A stretch of 64,000 bases of DNA from Candidatus Zixiibacteriota bacterium (lineage in GTDB: Bacteria; Zixibacteria; MSB-5A5; GN15; JACZUZ01), in NCBI GenBank assembly GCA_024280775.1, contig JAJRPM010000004.1, positions 263,054-327,053 of the forward strand. The letters run 5' to 3'. A program made the translations under genes and the position numbers. The notes beneath the pieces were generated by a model that was not told the origin of the DNA, ran no database searches, and saw only the letters and a list, made by a program, of their open reading frames with translations. The stretch's first letter is position 1; every line of letters starts with the position of its first letter. This document shows positions 56,443 through 64,000 of the stretch, piece after piece.

Positions 56443-56949
56443 TTAGCGATAGGCCTCAATGCGTCGAATCTTGAGCGCGAATTCTCCGGCTTGGCCTCCT
56501 GCGATTAGAAAACTTAGTTGATGAATATCAGCGGGGTCTAGCTTTCCAGCTTCCGGTTTTAGCTGGCCATGAGCGCTTAGAATGAAATCTGCGAATGGAA
56601 GGTCGATTTCCAAATCTTCACCGGGAGTGGTTGCGAAATCATGTTTGAACGCATGACCTCTCTCGGCGGATTTGGTATGAGCGCGAAACTGGTAGGTTTT
56701 CCCGTCCCCCTCCACGCTTAGTTTGAAGCCACTGAAACCAACCAAGCTGGATAGTTGGCCTCCATAACGCATTGAGGCAAAGCCCCCATTGTTCTCTAGT
56801 GACACAGCGCCGCTAAATAGCGCTGTATTGCCTGAGGCATGACCAATGGCTCCTGTTGAGAGTCCGCCCATCACATTGTCAGTGACTACTTTCCACTGCT
56901 CAAGCGCGCTAGCCTCACTTAGATCACAAAGCATTATTTTTTCACTCAT
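56443..56949 (-). CDS. CIA30-family protein
   Basis: WKVVTDNVMGGLSTG....LFSGAVSLENNGGFASMR....FKLSVEGDGKTYQFR. Confidence 0.75.
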   Translation of the reverse strand: MSEKIMLCDLSEASALEQWKVVTDNVMGGLSTGAIGHASGNTALFSGAVSLENNGGFASMRYGGQLSSLVGFSGFKLSVEGDGKTYQFRAHTKSAERGHAFKHDFATTPGEDLEIDLPFADFILSAHGQLKPEAGKLDPADIHQLSFLIAGGQAGEFALKIRRIEAYR

Positions 56950-56972
56950 ATTATTCTGACTATGCTTTCTAG

Positions 56973-57284
56973 TTATTCTCCGCGGTAAATATCGAAGTTC
57001 TTAAAATGTGTCGGGTAGTCCGTTGCCGGGATTTCTTTGTCCGGATGTATCATTTTTGCTCGCGCTAACAAATCAAGCTCCGGTTCAACTCTTTCCAGAT
57101 CGGTTATGCAAGCATCGACCGGGCAGACATCTGCACATTGAGGCACATCATAGTGTCCCACACATTCTGTGCAACGTGATGGGTCAATTATATAAACATC
57201 ATCACCTTCAGAGATTGCTTCGTTTGGGCACGGATCTACACACTTGTCGCAATTGGTACATTCATCAGTTATTAAATAAGCCAT
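56973..57284 (-). CDS. yfhL: YfhL-family 4Fe-4S dicluster ferredoxin
   Basis: MAYLITDECTNCDKCVDPCPNEAISEGDDVYIIDPSRCTECVGHYDVPQCADVCPVDACI is collinear with E. coli YfhL. Confidence 0.85.
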   Translation of the reverse strand: MAYLITDECTNCDKCVDPCPNEAISEGDDVYIIDPSRCTECVGHYDVPQCADVCPVDACITDLERVEPELDLLARAKMIHPDKEIPATDYPTHFKNFDIYRGE

Positions 57285-57582
57285 TGTTTTCTCCTTTAGT
57301 TGGCGTCAGCGGAATCTAAGTCATATTCGAATTGATAGTCAAGTGATTTGCGGGTCAGGGCGCATAACTAATTGCGCTATTAAGACCCAACATTCGCAAT
57401 TATGGCAGTGTATTCTACCGCCTTGACACAACAGAAGGAATCTGTTATCGAAGGGTCTTGAGAGTTTTCTCAACAACTCACACACAAAAAAACATGTTGA
57501 GTTTCAACTAAGTGTAACCTCACAAGTATTGTGGTTTCTATACTACAATCACTTTCACAACCAACAAAGGAGAGTCAACATT

Positions 57583-57952
57583 ATGGCAGAGGATTCAAAG
57601 ACCTTGTATGAAAGATTAGGCGGCGCAGAAGGCGTCACGTCAATCGCTGGTGACATTGTCGATATTCATATGGCCAATCCGGTTATTAACTCAAGATTCA
57701 AAGATTCCAAGCCTGATGAATTGAAGGTTCTGGTTCGCGATTTCTTCGCCGCGGGCTCGGGAGGACCCAACAATTACAAGGGGAAAGACATGCTTACAGC
57801 GCATAAGGGCATGAACCTCAACGAAACTGAGATGATCTCAACTATTGATGACGTCTTAGAAGGCCTTGGATAAGAATGGCGCAGGTCAACGTGAGAAGGA
57901 TGAAGTTTTGGCGATTCTCTACTCGCTGAAAGACGAAATTCTTCACGTTTAG
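57583..57952 (+). pseudogene. glbN: Group I truncated haemoglobin (trHbN) interrupted by a +1 frameshift near 57856-57863
   Basis: Frame 1: MAEDSKTLYERLGGAEGVTSIAGDIVDIHMANPVINSRFKD...MLTAHKGMNLNETEMISTIDDVLEGLG*. The next frame continues KALDKNGAGQREKDEVLAILYSLKDEILHV*, which is the expected trHb C-terminus. A terminator hairpin follows at 57969. Confidence 0.75.
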
Positions 57953-57968
57953 TTTACAGTAGTGATGG

Positions 57969-58006
57969 CTACCGGGATAGGGAAACCTATCTCGGTAGTT
58001 TGGTTT
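57969..58006 (+). terminator. Rho-independent terminator (GNRA-capped)
   Basis: CTACCGGGATAGG-gaaa-CCTATCTCGGTAG followed by TTTGGTTT. Confidence 0.7.
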
Positions 58007-58224
58007 CGCTCTTCCAGAAGAGTTTGGTGACTTTTTCATTGAAGCGCCACTAATTGACTGCGTATTACTCATTCCCCTTAACTTTCCTCGAATGGTTGTT
58101 GTAGCCGTTTGTTAGTTCCAGCTCAGCTAATATTGCAGCAAGTTGCTTTTTCTGCCGCCGTGCGCTATTCTCCTCACGAGACACTTATTACCCTAAGGTA
58201 ATTAGGAATTGGAGGAGAGAAAGT

Positions 58225-59064
58225 ATGCAGTATGAGTTCATGATTAGATTCTCTAATCTAATAAGCCAAACGTGTAAGGTCTTGCCGATATTGATATACT
58301 TCTGCGCAACATTCTCAGCAAAGGCGCACGGATCCGAAATAGTAACCGATCGTCCTGACCAAACCGAGTCCAGCTCTGCAGTGAGCTCCGGGGTCACACA
58401 AATCGAATTCGGTTGGTCGCATTCTTACCAGAAAAACGGTGAAATCCGTGAGCGCGTGAATGAGTTTCCGCAGTCACTGATAAGGATCGGGCTCAAACCG
58501 GGATTTGAATTGAGACTTGGCTGGGATGGATATGTACTGAAGAATCCGGGCGTGGTTTCAGGCGACAGTTTCGACGGGGCCGGTGATATGTCAATGGGTA
58601 TTAAGATTAACCTCCGGAAGTCTCAAGGCGCGGCCCCGGAGATTGCTCTTCTCGTCGATGCTACCCTGCCAGTAGGACATAGTTCTTTTAGCAGCAATCG
58701 AGTGGATCCGTCGGTGCGTTTCAGTTTTTCAAATAGCCTTAGCGATAGGTTTTCAGTGGGATACAATATTGGCGTGACTTCCTCATCCGAAGAAAACAAC
58801 TTGGGTAACGTTGCAACCGCTGTTTCGGGGCTCTACACACTGGCCCTAGGAACTGACATCTCCGCACGTTTCGGCGCTTTTGTCGAGGTCTTTGGAGAAA
58901 AACGTATAGACTTGGATGAAGCTCCTACTCACTCCCTCGACGGCGGTGTGACACGACTATTCGGAGATAACATTCAACTTGATGTAGCAGTCGGCCTGGG
59001 GCTCTCATCCGGCGCCCCGGATTGGTTTGTCACAAGTGGACTTTCTATTAGATTGCCACAATAG
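58225..59064 (+). CDS. Outer-membrane beta-barrel transporter (MetA-pathway/Phenol_MetA_deg-like)
   Basis: Signal peptide, then EIVTDRPDQTESSSAVSSGVTQIEFGW, the typical start of this OM channel family. Strong RBS GGAGGAGAG. Confidence 0.65.
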   Translation: MQYEFMIRFSNLISQTCKVLPILIYFCATFSAKAHGSEIVTDRPDQTESSSAVSSGVTQIEFGWSHSYQKNGEIRERVNEFPQSLIRIGLKPGFELRLGWDGYVLKNPGVVSGDSFDGAGDMSMGIKINLRKSQGAAPEIALLVDATLPVGHSSFSSNRVDPSVRFSFSNSLSDRFSVGYNIGVTSSSEENNLGNVATAVSGLYTLALGTDISARFGAFVEVFGEKRIDLDEAPTHSLDGGVTRLFGDNIQLDVAVGLGLSSGAPDWFVTSGLSIRLPQ

Positions 59065-59098
59065 CGAATCAAAATGGCAAGAGCCGCAAGGGGAAACT

Positions 59099-59514
59099 AT
59101 GAGTGAAAACAAAACTAAGCAGACTTCCGCAAGTGTCTCGGCATTTCTGAATTCTATTGAAGACGCCCAAAAGCGTAAAGACTGCAAAGCGGTTATGGAA
59201 ATGATGAAAGAGGTAACCGGGAAGCCAGCAAAAATGTGGGCGAGAGCCTGGTTGGATTCGGGACTTATCATTACAAATATGCTAGCGGTCGCGAAGGAGA
59301 CTTCTTTCTGACTGGTTTTTCGCCGCGTAAACAAAACCTAACTATCTATATCATGACTGGATTTGTTCGTTATCCTGAGCTCATGAAGAAGCTCGGTAAG
59401 TTTAAGACTGGGAGTTCCTGCCTATATATCAAGAAGCTTGACGACTTGGATATGGATGTTCTCAGAGAACTAGTAAAGATTTCTGCCGTAGATATTGCCA
59501 AGCGGTATGAGTGA
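59099..59514 (+). pseudogene. DUF1801 (YdhG-like) protein interrupted by a -1 frameshift near 59236-59240
   Basis: Frame A: MSENKTKQTSASVSAFLNSIEDAQKRKDCKAVMEMMKEVTGKPAKMW|ARAWLD..*. Frame B continues GESLVGFGTYHYKYASGREGDFFLTGFSPRKQNLTIYIMTGFVRYPELMKKLGKFKTGSSCLYIKKLDDLDMDVL. Joined, this is the canonical DUF1801 sequence (..MWG.SIVGFG.YHYKY.SGREGD). The observed TGGGCG would be TGGGGCG in an intact gene. Confidence 0.75.
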
Positions 59515-59656
59515 GTCTTTCCGGGTTGTTGATTGTAAAGTCGGGTCATATTCCGTAGCTTCCGATTCAGCCACTTCCTAAGGAAATATAGTGGTAGTCA
59601 AAAGAGAACCGATCTATTGTTGGTTCGATAAATAGCATCAGTAAGAGGAGGCTAGT

Positions 59657-60157
59657 ATGTCACTATCAAAGAAAATGAGCGCGGAGATAAATGCGCAAAT
59701 CGCCGCAGAGAATGAATCTGCGTACATCTACAAAGCTATGGCTTACAAGTTGGAGTCGATGAATCTGACGGTTTTTGCAAAGTGGTTTCATTTGCAGGCC
59801 ACAGAGGAGCAGGAGCATGCTGAGAAATTCGGCAAATACTTGCTGGACCGTGGCGCCGAAGTTTCGCTCAAAGCAATCCCCGCTCCCAAGGCCAATTGGA
59901 AATCCTGCAAAGAGATTTGCGCCGAAAGTTTGAAGCATGAACAAGGAATCTCCAAGCGAATTAACAAGATGGTAGATTTAGCGCGGGCCGAAAAAGACCA
60001 CGCTACTGACAGCTTTCTGATTTGGTTTGTCAATGAGCAAGTCGAAGAAGAAGCCAATGCCACTGAGTTACTGGCTATGGTTGAACTCGCCGGTACCGCT
60101 TCTCAGGTGTTTATGCTTGAGGGTCGAGTTTGGCGTTTGATTGAAGCTCGCGGCTAA
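59657..60157 (+). CDS. ftn: Non-haem ferritin
   Basis: 166 aa. INAQIAAENESAYIYKAMAYKLE....FAKWFHLQATEEQEHAEKFGKYLLDRG carries the ferroxidase-centre residues. Confidence 0.85.
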   Translation: MSLSKKMSAEINAQIAAENESAYIYKAMAYKLESMNLTVFAKWFHLQATEEQEHAEKFGKYLLDRGAEVSLKAIPAPKANWKSCKEICAESLKHEQGISKRINKMVDLARAEKDHATDSFLIWFVNEQVEEEANATELLAMVELAGTASQVFMLEGRVWRLIEARG

Positions 60158-60170
60158 TTCGAGGTAATCA

Positions 60171-60611
60171 ATGGGGACAGTTGTCGATATTCTTATTCTC
60201 GCTCTTATCGCGCTGATGACTTTTCGCGGACTCAGACGAGGCGCGCTTTCGACAATTGTGTCACTGGCTTCTTATGGGTTGGCCTATTTGATGGCCACTC
60301 TCGTTTACAAAACATCACATGTACAACTGGTACAGGCCTACGGTGAGGTGGGCCTGTACCTGGTTATTCTTCCGGCGGTATTCATTGTCATTATCATCGT
60401 AGTTCGTTTCCTGGGACGCATGGTTACACGCACCCTTAGTTTGACTATCGCCGGTCCGGTGAACAAATTACTGGGCGGGGCTTTGGGTTTTATGAAAGCG
60501 GTGGTAGTCGTTCTTGCGCTTGCCGCGACAATCAAGTTTCTCTCTCCTGTCACCGGTGAATGGTATGCCGACTCGCAAGCTCTTCCCTTTTTGCTGCAAC
60601 TCTTCGGATAA
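60171..60611 (+). CDS. CvpA-family membrane protein
   Basis: VVDILILALIALMTFRGLRRGAL..IVSLASYGLAYL is the typical CvpA N-terminus. Four TM helices. Confidence 0.6.
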   Translation: MGTVVDILILALIALMTFRGLRRGALSTIVSLASYGLAYLMATLVYKTSHVQLVQAYGEVGLYLVILPAVFIVIIIVVRFLGRMVTRTLSLTIAGPVNKLLGGALGFMKAVVVVLALAATIKFLSPVTGEWYADSQALPFLLQLFG

Positions 60612-60864
60612 TTTGAAGCGTCTGATGCGCACTAGCGCTACTCGTTGACATTACTGTGCAACCCTTTGCACAAACATTCTCCACCTTCACTAATGACATA
60701 ACTTATTTTCTTCCAAGGAGTTGACCCCTGTAGCAGGGCCGTGAACAGTTTGACAGTATGTAGGCACGATCCTTGCGGTAAGCCTTCGGGGAAGACCAGG
60801 GCAAGGGCGTGCGGAAAATGCGTAAGCGTCATGCTGAACAACACCTTTTATTCAGGAGAATACT

Positions 60865-61134
60865 ATGAGTCGGGACCAGACTTTTAGAATACCTAATCAG
60901 AATCATGACCCAGAATACGAACGTGAGTTGGCCGGACGTAGATTTGGCGCCTATCTCTTTTGGCGCGGCGGATTCTTCCTAATATCCTTGGCGTGCCTGG
61001 TTTTGGCTGGCTTTATGAGAGAGCATTCACAAATATATGCTCTTCTAGCGGCTTCAGGAGTATCGCTGGTGGTATCCCTGCTACTGTGGGTAGTGTTAGT
61101 TTTCATGAATCTCAAGTGGGGAAACTTGCGCTAG
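60865..61134 (+). CDS. Hypothetical small membrane protein (two TM helices)
   Basis: RBS CAGGAGAA. 89 aa with two hydrophobic helices. Confidence 0.45.
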   Translation: MSRDQTFRIPNQNHDPEYERELAGRRFGAYLFWRGGFFLISLACLVLAGFMREHSQIYALLAASGVSLVVSLLLWVVLVFMNLKWGNLR

Positions 61135-61162
61135 TTGAAGCATAAGTATAGCCGCTGACCAA

Positions 61163-62101
61163 TTAGCCATTGGCGCCAACATCATTAATCTGGTATTGAA
61201 ATACATCCGGTCGCGCATAGTGACCTGCTACATCAAAAAGCCATTTTTGAGGCGCTATCAAGGATAAGTCCAAAGTGGCGTAGATTGTTTCTTCTTTGCA
61301 GGCTAACGGCTCGGTAACAAACTTTCCGCGTGGATCTATTACACAACTGTTGCCTTTGTTTATCCACTCTTTTCCTTCGGGATATAGCTTCTTGAATTCA
61401 TAGCTGTCGGGTATTTGGTCTATGCTTATAGCCTGGCAACAATTGACTACAAACATCCCGCCCTCCCAGGCGATATGACGCATCGCTGTCAGCCAGGTCT
61501 CTGAAGCATCCCAGGTTGGCGCCAGATATATTTGCACACCTGCTATATACATTGAGTTACGCGCCAGAGGCATCATATTCTCCCAGCAAAGCAGACCGCC
61601 GAGTTTACCGAAATCAGTGTCGAATGACACTAAGGTTGATCCATCACCCTGCGACCACATCATACGCTCCGGGCCGGTTGGAATTAGCTTGCGGTGTTTA
61701 CCCAGGATTGTTCCGTCTGCGCCTATATAGAGCAAAGTATTGAAGAGGCTTGAGCCACTTGCCTCGGTGTTGCGTTCATTGATTCCAATTGCGACAACAA
61801 TTGAAGCGTCTTTCGCGGCTTTGCAAAGCGCTACGGTTGTTTCATCAGGGATTGAGACAGAGTTCTCCAGCAACTTTGAGTACAGATCATTGATTAACGG
61901 TTTCTTAAGCCCGGGGGGAGTCACCCATACCCAATCGGGGTAAGCAGGGATGAAGGCCTCGGGAAACACTACCAGCTTTGCGCCGTTTTTGCCTGCCTCG
62001 GCGATTATCTTGCAGGCCTTCTCGGTTGAGGCGCGCTTATCAAGAAATACTGACGCGGCCTGCGCGACGGCTATTGTTATTTGCTTGTTCTCGGCGCTCA
62101 T
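61163..62101 (-). CDS. Nitrilase-family carbon-nitrogen hydrolase
   Basis: Glu-Lys-Cys triad context: LVVFPEAFIPAYP, GKHRKLIPT, LLCWENMMPLAR. 312 aa. Confidence 0.8.
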   Translation of the reverse strand: MSAENKQITIAVAQAASVFLDKRASTEKACKIIAEAGKNGAKLVVFPEAFIPAYPDWVWVTPPGLKKPLINDLYSKLLENSVSIPDETTVALCKAAKDASIVVAIGINERNTEASGSSLFNTLLYIGADGTILGKHRKLIPTGPERMMWSQGDGSTLVSFDTDFGKLGGLLCWENMMPLARNSMYIAGVQIYLAPTWDASETWLTAMRHIAWEGGMFVVNCCQAISIDQIPDSYEFKKLYPEGKEWINKGNSCVIDPRGKFVTEPLACKEETIYATLDLSLIAPQKWLFDVAGHYARPDVFQYQINDVGANG

Positions 62102-62138
62102 TCTATGCCTCTCCCCCGGTTTGTGACTTGCTAGAGTT

Positions 62139-62213
62139 TGTTACGACGTCGTTGGTAACGGTGTTACTGATAACTGTGTCACTAACAACAGTGTTACTAA
62201 AAACACTGTAACA
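62139..62213. repeat. 15-bp periodic repeat array (3 good + 2 degenerate units) upstream of the nitrilase gene
   Basis: + strand 15-mers: TGTTACGACGTCGTT / GGTAACGGTGTTACT / GATAACTGTGTCACT / AACAACAGTGTTACT / AAAAACACTGTAACA. Also contains the palindromes ACGACGTCGT and CAGTGTT-N6-AACACTG. Confidence 0.85.
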
Positions 62214-62357
62214 AATTGACATTGCCAGGTCAAGGCTGGTGTAATTACCCGATTACACCGCGAGACGAGACAGAAAAATAATCCGGCAGTGCAGAAAGTG
62301 GAACATCTGAGATACTAAAATTGACCACTTACTTGCCGCCTGACTGCTTTTCAGGTT

Positions 62358-62392
62358 TTGCAGAAAAAGAAAGGGCGTCTATTGACGCCCTT
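62358..62392 (-). terminator. Rho-independent terminator of the 62452..63312 gene
   Basis: On the minus strand: AAGGGCGTC-aata-GACGCCCTT followed by TCTTTTTCTG. Confidence 0.75.
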
Positions 62393-62451
62393 AATGTGAA
62401 GGTAACAGACGGAAAAAAGTAAGGCAAAGACCGTACTTATGATTAACTATT

Positions 62452-63312
62452 CTAGAAATACTCCAAATATACAATCCGCAAACCGCGTTCAAACGACTCG
62501 GCCTCACGACGATTGCTTAGCAAGTCGCGAGCGGTGAATTCAATTTGCAGGTTATCAGCATAGACCCATTTCAAGACCGCATTCAAATAGCCTCGCCCTC
62601 GACCGAAGGGAGCGCCGGAACGATTGTCGTCGAGGGCAAAGTCATACTCAACTGCAAACCTTAGATTATTTCTCAATTCGGTGGACAATCCTCCGAAGAA
62701 ATTTACTCCCTGGTCGGTTTGCGCCACATTGTCGGCAGTTTCTATTGAGTAATTTGCGCCTCCGTGCAGCTCCCAGGCATAGCCGGTGATTGCTATTCCC
62801 TTTGAAAAGACACCGTAGAAACCTTTTGGTTTATAGGTTGAGCGATTGAAACTATCAAGATAGGGGCCGGAACCTTGAGAGGTGAAACCTAGGGCCAAAC
62901 CGGGCGCGGTTCTACTTTCTTCTGTGAGACGCCATTTGACACTGAATTCTACATTGGGATTGTAAGAGGGATTATCCTGAGAAAAGACGCCATTGGCTCC
63001 ATAGGAAAAACCCACCATCAGAAACTCCGAAAGTCCTACATTTGTAGCCGCAGTCAGGGCTCCACCGGCGTTTACCTGAAAATTCAAATCGAAAGAGCCG
63101 CGCGGCAGTGACGCGGCAGTTGGCACATCTATCAATTTGCGATTGCCAACTGTGCTGACATAGCGCGAGGCTTCTTCGTAATCGACAGTCTGCCCGACCG
63201 CAATTGATGATGCAGCTAGTGTGAGTACACACACCAATCCGCCTATAGCCCGCCGGGCCTTTCTTGCTTGCATTACTTCCTCGCTTGATTTTCCTATCCG
63301 CATATACACCAT
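62452..63312 (-). CDS. Hypothetical outer-membrane beta-barrel protein
   Basis: Signal peptide ..LTLAASSIAVGQ, alternating strand pattern, C-terminal ..RIVYLEYF (terminal Phe). Confidence 0.55.
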   Translation of the reverse strand: MVYMRIGKSSEEVMQARKARRAIGGLVCVLTLAASSIAVGQTVDYEEASRYVSTVGNRKLIDVPTAASLPRGSFDLNFQVNAGGALTAATNVGLSEFLMVGFSYGANGVFSQDNPSYNPNVEFSVKWRLTEESRTAPGLALGFTSQGSGPYLDSFNRSTYKPKGFYGVFSKGIAITGYAWELHGGANYSIETADNVAQTDQGVNFFGGLSTELRNNLRFAVEYDFALDDNRSGAPFGRGRGYLNAVLKWVYADNLQIEFTARDLLSNRREAESFERGLRIVYLEYF

Positions 63313-63393
63313 ACCTCATGCAAAAAGACACTGTGCAGGGCATAAGGGCAAGAAAAAAACGCAAGCAGGGAGAGAATTGGGACCGCGTTTGGC

Positions 63394-64000
63394 TTAGTGA
63401 TTCAAAAGGAAGGCTCGTAGCTCCGGAGTTAGAATTGGCTTCGGGAAGGTAACTGATTTGGGGCTACCGGTATTGTCTTTCAGCGAGAAAATCGAAAATG
63501 CGGTTCTAAGTGAATTAACCCCAATTACTTCATCAGCGTTCAACAAGTCGGCTGTTTCTAGTTTTTGCTTCTTCAATTCATATTCCGGGGCTATTGCAGG
63601 CCAGTCTTTGATAATCCCGGCCCGGCAAATTCCGGGGAAAACGTCCTTATCGGGACTGGTGACAACCATTTTCCCTTTACGAACGAATAGTGAGGCGAAG
63701 CCAAATTCGGTGACCCCGACCAGCTGATGATACAGAATCTGAAAATTCTGAGAAGAGTGGGATGGCGCTGGGTGAGAGAGCGCCATACGAGATATGACTT
63801 TGTGTTCGGTTAGCCAGTGAAGCGACGAGGCTGACGAGACAATCTCAGCGCTTGGTTTTTCTGACTCTTTCGGGAGAGTGTGTTCCTGAATGATTACTAT
63901 CAATGAGCCGTCGAGCGCTTCGGTACCCCATAGCCCGGCTCCAGTATTCCCGCCGGTGAGTGTGACTCTTATTCGTCGATACTTCTCGTTAGAGTCAGCG
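63394..64000 (-). CDS. Class IV aminotransferase-fold protein (ADC lyase/BCAT-like), C-terminal part; the 5' end lies beyond the right edge
   Basis: The frame stays open upstream of the track start to the window edge: ..YRRIRVTLTGGNTGAGLWGTEALDGSLIVIIQEH... then ..MVVTSPDKDVFPGICRAGIIKDW......LLNADEVIGVNSLRTAFSI. This fits the R.R.T.T.G / L.GITR / ADE.F.TNS pattern of fold-type IV enzymes. Confidence 0.55.
   Translation of the reverse strand, partial: ADSNEKYRRIRVTLTGGNTGAGLWGTEALDGSLIVIIQEHTLPKESEKPSAEIVSSASSLHWLTEHKVISRMALSHPAPSHSSQNFQILYHQLVGVTEFGFASLFVRKGKMVVTSPDKDVFPGICRAGIIKDWPAIAPEYELKKQKLETADLLNADEVIGVNSLRTAFSIFSLKDNTGSPKSVTFPKPILTPELRAFLLNH

Noticed and set aside
60764-60812. Possible SRP (4.5S) RNA, because of a hairpin followed by GGGGAAGACCAGGGCAAGG.
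   Set aside because: The conserved domain IV pattern (..GGUCC-GNAR-GGAAGCAGCC..) is not reproduced. The loop is UUCG, the AGCAGCC strand is absent, and the helix is preceded by the GTAG motif typical of the local repeat elements. A covariance-model search would be needed to revive the idea.

Overview
This 64 kb window looks like chromosomal DNA from an uncultivated Gram-negative bacterium. The lineage guess is FCB-superphylum-like: two proteins end in NYPNPFNP-type T9SS/FlgD-Ig sorting domains and there are PorV/PorQ-like barrels, yet most genes have clear Shine-Dalgarno sites. That guess is inference only. I recognise about 55 protein-coding genes, mostly housekeeping or envelope functions.

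Gene order, left to right:
- rnr (partial; missing from the ORF track because it runs off the left edge), holA, a PspC-domain gene.
- A small low-GC islet: ORF6N/KilA-N-like gene plus a VOC lipoprotein.
- PAP2 phosphatase, yigZ-like, dprA, a TPR lipoprotein.
- A complete tol-pal cluster: tolQ, tolR, TonB_C/TolA-like, tolB, pal, cpoB.
- ligA.
- A T9SS-flavoured operon: beta-propeller protein with a CTD plus two PorV/PorQ-like barrels, and a divergent PKD-repeat lipoprotein.
- etfA (no etfB nearby), a lone nuclease-like gene, larC, larB.
- An FHA / metallophosphoesterase / CHASE2-Ser/Thr-kinase module.
- A 543-aa SAM methyltransferase with a secreted partner.
- Small outer-membrane and lipoprotein genes.
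- A 2317-aa HAF + 3x(CSLREA/beta-helix) + T9SS-CTD protein.
- ettA, SRPBCC, a GT-C-like membrane protein, DinB, PhoU-like + Na/Pi cotransporter, a MarR-GNAT fusion + S41 peptidase, CIA30, yfhL.
- A frameshifted truncated haemoglobin, a MetA-type OM channel, a frameshifted DUF1801 gene, ferritin, CvpA, nitrilase, an OM barrel, and a partial class-IV aminotransferase.

I could not recognise any rRNA, tRNA, CRISPR array, transposase, integrase or known defence system.

The most unusual content is non-genic or architectural:
1. Several families of about 110-127 bp double-hairpin elements with shared GTAGGTC...GACCTAC termini (REP/REPIN-like). They fill the 3' intergenic spacers and bracket low-GC cassettes.
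2. A 2 x 356 bp tandem duplication.
3. The tightly coupled propeller-CTD + 2 PorV/PorQ-like operon.
4. The FHA-PPP-CHASE2 kinase module, which carries a 15-bp coding microsatellite.
5. The giant modular adhesin-like protein.
6. Two 1-nt frameshifts within 1.7 kb.
7. A 15-bp periodic repeat array upstream of the nitrilase gene.
8. An orphan terminator with a structured region upstream of the MarR-GNAT gene.

I cannot point to one clear-cut new system. The candidates above are ranked by interest in the findings. All calls come from reading the sequence and translations by eye. No database search, covariance model or statistic was run, and the GC statements are visual estimates.
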